Shown: piece by piece, positions 24,666-36,116 of the stretch
Position numbering within the stretch: position 1 is the first letter of the stretch
How the letters are laid out: each line of letters begins with the position of its first letter
Assembly: GCA_905178155.1 (NCBI GenBank)
Contig: CAJINV010000007.1
Coordinates: 3,143,151-3,207,150 of the forward strand
Direction of reading: 5' to 3'
DNA from: Amoebophrya sp. A120
Lineage: Eukaryota > Protista > Dinoflagellata
DNA length: 64,000 nt
Position numbers and translations under genes: made by a program
The notes under the pieces: model-generated
Databases searched by the model: none
What the model was told of the DNA's origin: nothing
What the model saw: only the letters and a program-made list of their open reading frames with translations

Positions 24666-25394
24666 ATGCGCCGAGCACGAGCCGTTCTCTCGGCTGCTTG
24701 TGTTTTCTGTGGCGCAGTGACCCAGCTCACGACGCAAGCCGATGCCGTGCGTCTGAACACGATCCCCTTTTTGGATGACCCGGACGCAACGCCTATGGCC
24801 GGGGTCCCGGGACCGCCCGGGGCGATCGCGGAGTCTGCAAAGCCCCCGCTCGTGAAGGTGGAAAGCGTGCCGCCGCTGGAGCCGGAAAACCCAGATGCGA
24901 TCGGGGAGGTAGAAGAATCTTCTATGCACTGCTCAGTCGACGTTTGACATGTATACATAAATCAATGCGCTTCAACATTAAGAACTACTAGATGCTACTA
25001 ACTCGCTTTCCAGGGGTTGTTGATTGAACCGCAGATCGGTTCAGAATCAGGATGAAACGAAACCAAGGTGATCACCGGCGTGTTCTACGAAGCTCTGGAC
25101 AAAGACGATCGCTGGCACGTGGTGATGCCCACGAAGATCCTCGGCGACCACCGCTTTGACGCCCGGGTGGCCCCCTTCGGCGCGCACCAATACGGCATTC
25201 AGAAGCTCGTGCGGGAAAAGCAGTGGCAGCAGGACAACGGCGACCAGCAGGAGAGCGCCACTGCAGAGGATAGTTACTTCGCCAGTACCGGGTACCGGTC
25301 GATTTTCGAAGACCGGTGGCCCGTGGTGTACGAGAGGTTTGTCCGGAAGATTCCCATCGTCAACGATCCCTACCCGCCGCAGGGGTTTAGGTGA
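24666..25394 (+). CDS. Small, probably secreted hypothetical protein
   Basis: Exons 24666-24908 and 25068-25394 (GT-AG intron) join as IGE|VITGVFYE. The N-terminus is signal-peptide-like (AVLSAACVFCGAVT). Confidence 0.65.
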
Positions 25395-25816
25395 GCGGTT
25401 GGAATCCATGCAAAAAGTTTTGGCTTTGGTGCGGCCTTTCTGATTTTTCTTTTCCGAAAATTGAACTGGGTTTGTCTTTGTCAATCTTTGGTTTGCACTT
25501 TGTCACCTGGTCAAGAGCTTCATTTTTCTGCAAGGTGCAGTCCAAGTACTCATGCGAGTGAGTAAAGGACGTTTGACCATCGAACTTTTGCTCTGAATGT
25601 TCACTACCTGCTGCTGCCTCAGCTTTTTTTTTTTGAAGAGAAGTACTTTGTTTTCTGCATGAAAATCCCCAATACAGCACTACAATCTGGGACACTTTTT
25701 TTTCTAACCTTTTCAGGTTCTCGTAATCCTCTTAGATAGAAGTCGCACCTCGTACAACTTCCATTACCCAGTGCTACCACGATTGCTTCGTTTATGCGGC
25801 TGTCGAAGAAAGAAAC

Positions 25817-27451
25817 ATGTCCTGCTTCCGCGCGGAGCGTCTTTTCCCCATTAGCCATCGACTCCGTCTACGCGTGTTTTTTTTCGGAGAGGCACACAGT
25901 GCCGGCATTTCGTCGTCCGCGGAAAAATTCGACATTGTGAAGGCGATGAACAAGCCGAGTGCTGGCGCCGCTACTCGCGCAGCTGTGCTTTCACCAGGGG
26001 TCCTCGGCGACGGTGAAACAAGGTCTGCTGTTGATGTCTGTCACGGCTTCGGCATCGAAAGCCATGCGTCGGAACAGAAATGTTGGGAGGCGACGCCTTC
26101 AATCAACAAAGTTGTGACGGAACTTGCGAGAATGGATATGGTTCATCTGGGTGGAACTACAAGCAAAAGTGGAACGCAGAAGAATCACGAAAATGGCAAC
26201 CACTCCCGACAACTTCCGAAAATCCACCTCTACTGTCTGGACCGCGCCGCGAAAGACACGCAAAAGCGGATCTCTGCCAACGTGCTGCCACTTGAGCTCC
26301 TACGGTCGCGGCGGCACAGGGGCTGCGCAGAAATCTTCAAGCAAGGTGGAAAACAAGTCACTGATCGTCATGCTGATTGGCAACAGGCACTGCTTTCCTG
26401 GAGGCAGCGGTTTCAAAACGATTGCGAAATGTGTTTTCGGATTCTTCAGGCGGAGAGGGAGGAGCTGATGGCGCTAAACTTGGTTCTCGCAGCGGAGGAT
26501 CTGCTGTGCAAGAGAACTGCAAGCTTACAAGCGTATAATCCTGTCGACGTGCAGCCGAATGGCAATGCGGCTGCGGTACCAGTGGCTAATGAAACGCGAA
26601 AGTTTATGACCGAAGATGCGCGAGCGCGCAAATGTGGCCTTCCCATCGAGCACTTTCTGCTGCAACAGCGACAGCAGGAGTTTCAAGGACAATCGGACGA
26701 CATCAAAGTGTTGGAAGCCGAAGTAGACAAGGACACTTTAGGCAGAAATAGCCGCGCTGTTGAGATCCGTTTTGGCGTACTGTGCGGCGCCTCGCACATT
26801 TCGGGCATCACGACCTATCTGGAGAGGTTTTTCGGGAGTCGAGCCATTGGGGACGACGAGGACCGTAGTTTCTATAGCCACGCGTTCTGGAAAAACCCAG
26901 AAAACAGAGGTATTCTACCGCAGCTGACAAAGGAGATTTTGGGTAGGGCCCGGCCGGGACCATGTGTTAAAAAATCTAGTGGGGCAACCCCAGAGGAAGC
27001 GGCAAACACGAATGCAACATCAAGCGGAGAGCAGAGGGGCTTTGACATAGTTGAAAGCGAATGCGCCGAGGCTCTGCCCTGTCCACTTGTACTTCCAGAC
27101 GCTAGGAGGGATCGAGACCTGCTCTCACCTCCGTGCAGCAACGCGGACGAGGAGCAACTCATCGAGAGAAGCTGGGCTCCCCGTGACCAAAGGAGCATTC
27201 TCGACCGCAGACGGGAGCTGATGTCAGCAACTGGTGGGATCAGCACGGTATCTGCCAGAACCGGTGGAACAGCAAACAGTAGCGCGACGAGAATCATAAA
27301 GGGCGTTCTTCTGTGTTTACAACTCGGTTTCGCAGGGATCTGTTTCTACGTCCCCTATCGTATCGACATGTACCTTTTCGAACAGAAAATGCGAGAAATG
27401 GAGGATTCTGATAAAGCAAGTACACTCCCCTCGAGTTGTTCATCGACGTAA
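25817..27451 (+). CDS. Hypothetical protein with one C-terminal transmembrane helix
   Basis: 544-aa ORF (true start may be the later Met at about 25945). Hydrophobic segment IIKGVLLCLQLGFAGICFYVPY near the end. Confidence 0.6.
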   Translation: MSCFRAERLFPISHRLRLRVFFFGEAHSAGISSSAEKFDIVKAMNKPSAGAATRAAVLSPGVLGDGETRSAVDVCHGFGIESHASEQKCWEATPSINKVVTELARMDMVHLGGTTSKSGTQKNHENGNHSRQLPKIHLYCLDRAAKDTQKRISANVLPLELLRSRRHRGCAEIFKQGGKQVTDRHADWQQALLSWRQRFQNDCEMCFRILQAEREELMALNLVLAAEDLLCKRTASLQAYNPVDVQPNGNAAAVPVANETRKFMTEDARARKCGLPIEHFLLQQRQQEFQGQSDDIKVLEAEVDKDTLGRNSRAVEIRFGVLCGASHISGITTYLERFFGSRAIGDDEDRSFYSHAFWKNPENRGILPQLTKEILGRARPGPCVKKSSGATPEEAANTNATSSGEQRGFDIVESECAEALPCPLVLPDARRDRDLLSPPCSNADEEQLIERSWAPRDQRSILDRRRELMSATGGISTVSARTGGTANSSATRIIKGVLLCLQLGFAGICFYVPYRIDMYLFEQKMREMEDSDKASTLPSSCSST

Positions 27452-27805
27452 CGGGATTACAGAGTATTGCTCGGTCGGCCCGTAAGAAGTGCTGCACTTC
27501 GTCGATTCGACAACGTTATCGCGTTCGGAATGGTACATTTTTCGACTCGTCGACGGTGTCGTGTCGTGCAGTGGAATCGTGGCTGCGCATCGTCGTTGTC
27601 GTCTCCCCCACTCGCGCCATCGGCGGGAAGTCAAATTTTACGTGGAAACCATTTTTTTGTCAGTGTCTAGGAGCTCGTGGCGTCTCACGGGAAGAAAAGT
27701 TGGGCGCAAGTGGACTGTTTCCTTTTTGCAACAATCACGACTTTATCGCTCAAATAGGACAGTACAATCAACATTGCGCCCCGACTATTGGCATCGACTT
27801 AAGCG

Positions 27806-29663
27806 ATGGGAATCCTGTCACAAATTCCACCGTTGCAGGACCATCTGGAAGATGCGTTTTCTGCGCTTACGATACAGCAGCAGCCGAAGCAATCCGTGGC
27901 CGCAGCGCGAAGAGTTGGGTTATACAACGGGAATGTAACCACGAGCTTTGTTGTTGAGAACCACTTACAACGCAATTCGGCCGCCACGCATAATAATCCT
28001 TCATCCTTCTACGCAGCAACGTTTCATCCTCCTGCCGCACCAAGTGACACAGGAGGAGATGGAACAACCCTGCAGTTTCCCTTCTCATCCTCCTCCTCCC
28101 ACCAGCGACAGTTCCTCAACTTCCCCACCCACGGCTCCTTTCACACGCGGCGCACGTTCTTCACGCCGGAAGACGCGCTGCGAGAGGGCGAAAGCTGCCC
28201 CACCTGTGCGTGCGAGGGGTGCCAGACGGCCTTGGGGAGCAACGTGGGGTCGCAGGCGATTGAGTGCCCGAACGTGCCCCACCACAGCAAGGATCCGGTG
28301 GTGTCGAAAGCGTTATGGTACAGCCGCCTGGTGTTCATCTTTTTTGCGGGAATATCCTTGGGCGGCTACCTCGCCTTCTGGATTCGGGGACGGCAGGTCA
28401 GGAAGCGGGCGCAGTTGATGGACGACGACGGGGAAATCAAGCGGGTGGACATGTGGGTTGACGACGACGACGAGTCGTCGGACGAGGAGGGCATGAGCGC
28501 GGGCGATTTCTTCATGAATCTGTTCGGCGCCCCGGTGAAGCTGGCGAACGCGATGATCGAGCAGGCCACCGGGGTCAGGTTGTTGCCGGATTCCGTTTAA
28601 GCATTGCAAATATGTCTGTGCTCTTTGGAAGCATGCAAGGCTTGTCATGTTCGGTTAGCATGACGCTCAAGTGTCGTGTCTCTGCACACCACCCAAACGA
28701 ACTACTTTTCTGTCATGCAGGATCTACTTACGCAGTTTGTTGCCAGTCAGAGCAACACTCAATGTCAACACCTAGCACCTCGAAGACTTCTTGTCATGCT
28801 TCGCTGTTAATTGAGGTATCAATCCTCGTGATTCTCGTATCAGCAGGACAAGTTTGTTCCGGACCAAGGCGTATTTGCAATCTCCATACCGTCACGGAGA
28901 AGGTGCGGTTTTCGTTCCGCGATCGGGATATCCTTGAGCGGACCGACTTGACCGATATGGAGAAGGCGTTTTTGATAATGAAAGGCGACTACGAGGAGCA
29001 CATGGAGCTCAGCGAGCGGGAAAAAGCCATTTTGAAAGACAGGTATTTATAATAGGCCGCATATAGAAATTTCATTTGCTCAAAACCGTCCGCAATGCAA
29101 AAAGAAAAACTTAACAAGAAAACGTACTGTTCGAATAAAAATCATCAATCAGGTCCTTGACGGACATGGAGAAGGCGTTTCAGATGACCCGCGAGATGGA
29201 GGAGGTCAACCTCCCGGGCCACATGTCGGACATGCAGAAGGCCTTCCGCGAGCTGCAGGTGGACATGGGACTGCGCCCGGCGGACGACGGGGGCGTGATG
29301 GGGGCGCTGCTCGGCGAGGACGAACTGAGCAAGAAGCTGAAGGGCAAATCCGACATGGAGAAGGCGCTGGCGCTCCAGCTGAACGCGATGGGGGTGGAGG
29401 AGGAAGACCTGACCAGTGACATGCAGAAGGCCTTCAACCACGTTGCTGCCAAGTACGGGCTGGCGCCGGGCACGACCGAGGATGACCACGCGTTCGATGA
29501 GGACGGGAACCGGAAGAAAACGAAGAAGGAGGGCGGCGTGTTCGGTATGTTCGAGGAGGTTTTTGGGAAGTCCGACATGGAGCAGGCCTACGAGGAGGTC
29601 GCGGCCAAGGTGGACAAGAAGAAGAAAAAGAAGAAGGGGCTGTTTGGGGGCCTGTTCGGGTGA
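27806..29663 (+). CDS. Single-pass membrane protein with a Cys cluster and repeated (S/T)DM(E/Q)KA(F/L) motifs
   Basis: Exons about 27806-28597, 28894-29042, 29153-29663. Junctions PDSV|TEKV (introner) and KDR|SLTDM (GT-AG). TM segment LVFIFFAGISLGGYLAFWI. The start is uncertain. Confidence 0.72.
28598..28888. mobile_element. Degenerate introner element (291 bp, family E, distantly A-like)
   Basis: Imperfect TIR taagcattgcaaatatgtct / aggcgtatttgcaatctccata. TSD CCGTT/CCGTC (synonymous Val). Internal tgtcatgc motifs. Excision removes the TAA stop and restores the frame. Confidence 0.78.
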
Positions 29664-30681
29664 GGATGGGAAGTTATGCCTCGAGCAGCGGGGATGCTTT
29701 TCTTGATGCGGGACGAATTTACGACCAAGATGTTGCTACTCGCGTCAGACAAAATAAGTACGTACGAGTGAAGCTTTTCAACATATAGTGCTTTCAATCG
29801 AATAGATCGTACGTAGACAAAAGTAAAGTAGATCGATACGTCCAGATGTGCGCTTGTAGCTGCACCCCGAAACGAAATTCTCTGATGTTGGCGCACCGCG
29901 CATGGGGTTGTTCCGTTGTTTTATCCAGAAGGGTGATAAAAAAAGTATAAAAAATACGAGAAGCAGTAGCAGTGTGATCGCTAGAAGCTCGATGATCTTC
30001 CGCTGGTGTGGTGTTGTCAAAATTTTGTTTCTTTTTTGAGCACCGCTGCTGCGATCAACCCCGAATTGGGGGACCGCGAGATCAGAATACTGTAACCTAA
30101 AAAATTTTTTTACTCTGGGTACGTTCATCGAAAATGATCCCCACGCATTTGAATGAAAGCGACGTGGCGAGTTTTTCCTCATGACCTTCCGCCTAGCCGT
30201 ATTCGATGAAATCCCACAGCGTTTCACACTCTCTTTTGGCGGTTTCCATGATCACCATCTATTTTTTTTCATCATCAAAAAAATTCTCACAGGCGAACGA
30301 ACTGGAACTTACTAGGAAAGAGAGAGGTGAGATTTGGACCGACGGAAATGTAGAAGTAGAATTGAATCCGAATCCTAGATGAAGACGAAGAGAACAAGAT
30401 TGTTTGAAATAAGCGTGGCCCCTAGTTATTTTTTACAGTTTTTTATTTCATAGAAACAGAAACGAAACATATACAAGCCTGTTCTATTGATGTGTCGGAA
30501 GCGATACTGAAGTCATTTTTCGCAGTAACTTTGCTTTCAAAGAAAAGAGGCCACTAAATGTGTAGTCGGACCGGGATGACCGAAATCTAGCTGTTTTGTC
30601 AGCGCTGCTGCGCGATTAGAATCTTCTACTGTAACACTACTTGTGTGTTTACTTGAGAAGCAACGAAAGAAATTGAAGACG

Positions 30682-30714
30682 TGTAGTTTCAATCTGAATG
30701 TAGTTTCAATCTGA
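30682..30714. repeat. Tandem duplication of tgtagtttcaatctga (period 17)
   Basis: Identical 16-mers at 30682-30697 and 30699-30714, upstream of TGS1. Confidence 0.8.
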
Positions 30715-30980
30715 CGCAAGAACGAATCCCCTACTTTTACGAGCAAGCGACATCGATACTTTGTTTTTTTTTGTGACCAGCGCAGACAGTGCTCGGTATG
30801 TTAATTTGAATTTCTTTGTGTGCTACCTGTGGCGTCTTCTGTAATATCTCTTGTGACTTAGTATACAAATCAAAAACTTTCACGACCTCTCAGCTACAGC
30901 TGGTGGACCACCAAAACTTGGGGCATTGAGCGGAACAGGTGGTATTTGCGAGGCAAGAACCAGTCCACCGTGGCAACGAC

Positions 30981-33900
30981 ATGTTGGCTTTTTGTCAAGA
31001 CATCCTGGCGGACCTGACGAGTGATTCCGAAGATGCCGAACCTGCGGCCAGTTTTACCACCGGCGCAGATCGGCGCGGCAACGGGGAAAATGCAAAAACT
31101 CCGGGTAAGAGCGATGAAGTGTCGACGGCGGCGGGGACACGGGAGGCGGGCCAGCACGTGCTGCGTGAACGCAAAGATGAACAAGTGTTTGAATCTTCTA
31201 CCCCCGAGGAACTAGAAGAATTTTACAAGAACCGAGAGAGGAAAAGGCCGCTGAGATCGGCGGAGGCAACCCCATGTGCGCAGGTAGCAGTACCACCATC
31301 GGGAAATCAAAAAGAGGCTCGTGATACTCGCAGGTCCGACAGTTGTACCTCGTCCACCCATGAGTTGGATCATCTTCACGATGTTCACGATAGTACTACT
31401 GACGGGAAAGAGGAAGGAACCGATGCGGGTGAAAATGAGTTCGGTGCTATTGCAAATGAACTACTCCAGAAGTCTACAGCTTCTTCCTCTGAGCGCCAGG
31501 CTGTGGCCGGCACTACCAGCAGTAAAAATTCAACCGGAACAAGAACAAGCACAAGACCGAAAGGCCGGCTTCCTTATTTGAAGCAGTCTTTCACTGTCGG
31601 CGATGTGGAGAACGTGTTGTGTCCAAGCCCCGATCCGTCAAAGTGCTCCGTCTTGTTGACGAGTTTCGACGTGGCGCGCGGAAACTGTTGCAACAGCGAG
31701 GAGAGTGCGGCGGAGCGGCGGTCCATCCGCATGCACCTGACCACCGTCGAATTAGACATCAACCCGTTCAAAGGATCTTCTTGTTGTACCGGTAGTGAAG
31801 GAAAAAATCACGACAAAGACGGTTCTTGGACAAAATCTTCAACCGGCGATAGCAATATGACAACTGGTGTGAAGGCCGCGAGTGGTAACAAAAGCAAAGG
31901 GAAGAAGATGTTGAATTACGATGGCGACATGATAAACGATTTTAAGATGCAAGGCAAGGGGAACAACAACAAAGCATATCAAGGGAAGAACAAAAGTAGA
32001 AATAAGCGGAAGGGTGCAAACGATTCCCAGCGGCGTCCCGCGGGCGTGTCGGACAAGGATTGGAACCGGCGGTTCTACTTTTGGAGCCGGTACGACCTCG
32101 GGGTGCGCATGGACACCAGCGGGTTCTACGAGGTCACGCCGGAGAGCGTCGCGGCGTACGTGGCGCAACGACTCTCGCACTGCGAAAAGATCGTGGACGG
32201 GACTGCGGGGTGCGGCGGCAACCTGGTGCAGCTGGCGACGTTCTGCCGGAACGTGCGACTGGACGACCCGGAGATGCAGGCGCAGTTTGCGAACCAGAAG
32301 AGAACCCGGCTGGTTCTGGGCGTGGACCTGGTGCCCACCAAACTGCTGGACGCGGTGCACAATTTGAAGATCTACGAGTTCCCCGGCACGGTGCACGTGT
32401 CCGACGTGGCCGACCGCACGGAATTTTCGCGGGCCCTGTTTGAGGCGGAAAAATTCGGCACCGTGGATAAGCCCTCGGTCGTGGTCGCGCCGGGCCGCTT
32501 CGAGGTGGTGGCGGAGCAGCTGGCGCTGCTGTGGAACTACCCGCTCTTCTCGTACGAGAACAAGATCATGAGGAGTTTGAAACAGCAGGAGCAGGGGGAT
32601 TATGACAAAAACAAACACAAACTGATGTTCTCGATGAACAGCAAGGGTTCAACACCCGGGATGAAGACATTCAACTGTGCATCTTCTCAAGGTCGTGTGG
32701 TGGCAACGGCAAAAGGAAGAGACGATGTTGTGGAGCATCTTCACGCATCAAGTGAAGACCAGGCCCCCTTTGAAGACGACGAGATCGACAACCACGACGA
32801 GAACGACGACGGCAAAGCTTTTGCCGAACCGCTGCCTGCCCGAGGTACCACAATTGCTGCTCCCGCGTCCCTGTTGAGCACCTATGCCCCGCGGCGGCCC
32901 AACGCGCCCGGCCAGTACCGATTCCCCTTTGACGCGGTGTTTCTCTCGCCTCCCTGGGGCGGGCCGGCGCACTTGGAGGAAGAGATCTTTCGGTTCAGTT
33001 TCGCGGACGAGCAAATCGGGGACGACCTGATCCGCAACCTGTTTCACTACGCCACTAGCCTGGCGCCAAACATCGTCCTGTTCCTGCCCCGCCACCAGGA
33101 TCTTCGCGAAATCGCGGAACTCGCGGCCAAGTACGGATTTCCGGACGTGGAGGTAGAGTCGGTCTGCTACGCCAAACCGCACCGGCACCGGAAGATGCTG
33201 CTCTGTCACTTCGGGCCGAAGTGCGTTCTGCGCAACAACACCTGGCTCAAGAAGGGCAACCGCGGCGCAGCAGCAGCAGCAGTCCTTGGCCGCGGGACAG
33301 AACTTTTTACCAACAGTTCGGAGGTGGAAGAAGATGGTCGGAACAAAACTAGTGGGGTGGACGTCCTCGGGGAAGCAACCACTAAGAAGACGAGCAAGGC
33401 CGTAGGAGCTGCTGCAGCGGCCATCAAGCAAGACCACCCGACGCAATTGAAGATGTCACCGTCTTCAACTACCCCGGTGACGCCGGCACTGCATGCATCA
33501 ACATCTTCCTCCTCTCATGTACTACCGGTCCCGCACCAGTTACAGTTTTTTGTTCCCGGCCTCTCTGGGGAGGTTGACCGCGAAGTGAGTGTTGGACCGA
33601 CCGCGGGGGCTTCGTCGACGACAGAAACTAGCAGGGGGAGCGGGCGGCTCTCCTTTTCACCCCTCGACGACGTGGATCATCCGGATTTGATCGTGTCAAG
33701 CGGGCAACAAGTTGGAAATACTGAGCTGGGGAAAAATGTTCCTGTCGACGAGAATGAGGAAGTGGATGAGTGGGCAGTGGTGCGGATGGAACTCGAGCGC
33801 CTCGGCGTGATTCCCGTCACGGTCAGCGCAGCGACGAGTAGTAAGCAGAGTTCGAAGTCATTTCCGCAGGGTACAACGAGGACGGCAACCTCTACGCGCA

Positions 33901-34580
33901 CAGATGCGAGGACCAATCCGCGGCCAGAGGAGCCAGTTACAACTTCTGTCCAGGGCAAGAACAAGCAGACGGAGGTTTCTGCCGGTTGTTTTCCCGACTT
34001 GGACGCCAGTATCGACAACAGGAGTGGTTCCATTTCTTCCCCGCCGGGGCCAGAGCAAGAAGGCAGCTGCGACCGGGAAGATGAGAACTTCTGCGGAGGG
34101 CGAGAGAGTCGTCTTTCGGACGTTGATCTGAATGGTGCAAGGACGATTCTGGATAAGAATTTCTTGGACAACAAGAACATCAACAAGACTAAAGTAGAGA
34201 ACAAAGACAGCACGACCACTCCTAGAGGGCGGCGAACTGGTGTTGCGGATGCTGAAGAAGCAACTGCGGCTGACGATGAACCAGTGTTGTCTACCCCGAA
34301 GGCGGCCACGACCGCGGGCGGGCGGTGCAGCAAGCGCCGGAGCTATAACCCGTTCACCGCCATAATCGAGAAAAAGAAACGCGACCGCGCCAAGAACCGG
34401 CTCCTGGCCTCGGTGAAACTGGAGTATGTTCCTTTCGGCGTGAGCAAGCTGCGCGTGACCAAGAAGGCAAATCTGTCGGAGCGGCTCGTCCACAACACTT
34501 GTGTCCGCTTGCTGGAAGGGGGGCTGCACGTGGTGGACAGAGGAGGCCACGTCGGTGCAGGCGTTGCGCTGCACAGCTAA
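30981..34580 (+). CDS. TGS1: Trimethylguanosine synthase (RNA cap guanine-N2 methyltransferase)
   Basis: WNRRFYFWSRYDLGVRMD..GFYEVTPESVA, SAM motif IVDGTAGCGGN, catalytic DAVFLSPPWGGP and NIVLFLPR, embedded in long low-complexity extensions. Confidence 0.9.
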   Translation: MLAFCQDILADLTSDSEDAEPAASFTTGADRRGNGENAKTPGKSDEVSTAAGTREAGQHVLRERKDEQVFESSTPEELEEFYKNRERKRPLRSAEATPCAQVAVPPSGNQKEARDTRRSDSCTSSTHELDHLHDVHDSTTDGKEEGTDAGENEFGAIANELLQKSTASSSERQAVAGTTSSKNSTGTRTSTRPKGRLPYLKQSFTVGDVENVLCPSPDPSKCSVLLTSFDVARGNCCNSEESAAERRSIRMHLTTVELDINPFKGSSCCTGSEGKNHDKDGSWTKSSTGDSNMTTGVKAASGNKSKGKKMLNYDGDMINDFKMQGKGNNNKAYQGKNKSRNKRKGANDSQRRPAGVSDKDWNRRFYFWSRYDLGVRMDTSGFYEVTPESVAAYVAQRLSHCEKIVDGTAGCGGNLVQLATFCRNVRLDDPEMQAQFANQKRTRLVLGVDLVPTKLLDAVHNLKIYEFPGTVHVSDVADRTEFSRALFEAEKFGTVDKPSVVVAPGRFEVVAEQLALLWNYPLFSYENKIMRSLKQQEQGDYDKNKHKLMFSMNSKGSTPGMKTFNCASSQGRVVATAKGRDDVVEHLHASSEDQAPFEDDEIDNHDENDDGKAFAEPLPARGTTIAAPASLLSTYAPRRPNAPGQYRFPFDAVFLSPPWGGPAHLEEEIFRFSFADEQIGDDLIRNLFHYATSLAPNIVLFLPRHQDLREIAELAAKYGFPDVEVESVCYAKPHRHRKMLLCHFGPKCVLRNNTWLKKGNRGAAAAAVLGRGTELFTNSSEVEEDGRNKTSGVDVLGEATTKKTSKAVGAAAAAIKQDHPTQLKMSPSSTTPVTPALHASTSSSSHVLPVPHQLQFFVPGLSGEVDREVSVGPTAGASSTTETSRGSGRLSFSPLDDVDHPDLIVSSGQQVGNTELGKNVPVDENEEVDEWAVVRMELERLGVIPVTVSAATSSKQSSKSFPQGTTRTATSTRTDARTNPRPEEPVTTSVQGKNKQTEVSAGCFPDLDASIDNRSGSISSPPGPEQEGSCDREDENFCGGRESRLSDVDLNGARTILDKNFLDNKNINKTKVENKDSTTTPRGRRTGVADAEEATAADDEPVLSTPKAATTAGGRCSKRRSYNPFTAIIEKKKRDRAKNRLLASVKLEYVPFGVSKLRVTKKANLSERLVHNTCVRLLEGGLHVVDRGGHVGAGVALHS

Positions 34581-36116
34581 AGAAACCGAAAAAAACGGCG
34601 GAATAAACGGTATTGCAGAAGACCTGCCTTCGTCGTCATTCGGCATGTGAGGGACACTCTGCCGCCAGTTAGGGATCATCGCAATGAAAAAGTTGTGCGA
34701 CTTGAAGAAGAGATAGGCGGACAAATGAAAATGAAGTGCAGCGAAGTGAAGTGATTTTTTTCATTACAGTTTTTTTCTGCTCATAAATCTCGTCGCCTGC
34801 TCATTATCACTTCTAATCCGGGGAAAGAACGAGAAGCGGATAGTTCTTGTTAGTTTATTTTATTTTCCATTTTTTCTCTTGCTGAGCTGTGCTACTAGTA
34901 CTAGGTTGAAGCCAGCGGGTGACGAGGACCACGCGACGCGAACAAGCACGGGAAACAATGACAGCGTCGCAGTTGTGGAACAAAATAGCGATACATAAAT
35001 GATACGTTTATTCACTATCAAATCTTCAAAGAAATGCGAATTGCCCTTTTCAACCTCTCGTGTGTTAGTTGTTTTGTTACCTCTTTTTGAAAAGGTCCCA
35101 GCGACAGGCTCCCCGTCATCTACAACACGACTTATTGTACACGACTAATTATTTGTAGTAGAGTTTCTCTTGCCGAATTGGAATTTCAGGCGCGACCGGA
35201 ACCAGTTGAGCTAGAAGAGTTGTGTTTTGCAAAAATGATGAAGATCAAGATGCTGCATGATCACCATGTGTTGAGGAGTTGGCGTACTGTTCTTTTCGCC
35301 GACCCGCGACACATATGTATACTTCTTTGCGGGTACGCGTACTTTCTTACTTCCGACAACACGACGAATTGGTTCCTTTTTCGGTTGTTTTTACCTCCGC
35401 GGTTGAAGAATGATGGTGGTGTTCTACATTGCAGCCCAAGTGTGAAGGCAGCACGTTCACCCCGCCCTTGAGATTCTTCTCCAATAGAAGGCTGAATAAA
35501 GTCTGTTTCACCTCCTCCATGTGTGCGGGCAGGCAATTTTTGATGTCCATATCGTTGAGCAGTACTTCACCAAAACCACCGCAGCATAAACGCAGGGAAC
35601 CAGGGGGCATGTACGTAGAAAAGGGAGCAGACAAGCAAATGTACTTGCTTTCACGATGTCGATCTGTCACTTGGACTAGAATTATTTCTTGCAGTACTTT
35701 AAAGATAAAGAAGAACTACACGCGAAGTGAAAGTATGGGAACAGTGAGTGCAAAGTGACACATCACTGTGCCGCCTGTGATTTACGCGCGTCGGAAAAAA
35801 TTCGGTATGCTATTTTGGACGTTCTGGCCCTGCAGATGCTGCTTCTGATCTCTGCGTTTAGAGCTTTTAGGTCCGTCGTCCGCAATTTCATCCTGCATTC
35901 TTCGTTTCTCTTCGTTTGATTCCAGATAGAAAAGGTATTGAGAGGGCATCACGCGACTCCTTTTTTGTCACATAAAAAGTACCCTACCTGTGGGAGCAGC
36001 TCTTCTAGTAAGTACAAGTCATTTACAATTATTCTAAGTTCGTGCGTCTGCGTAGTCCCGTTCTTTTCCTCGAGACCATTCTTGTAAAATCAAAACCTTC
36101 AAGTTCAACACTAACA

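Noticed and set aside
35178-35758. Short ORFs in the TGS1-MFS intergenic region
   Set aside because: AT-rich, lacking the GC3 bias of real exons, and with no recognisable product.
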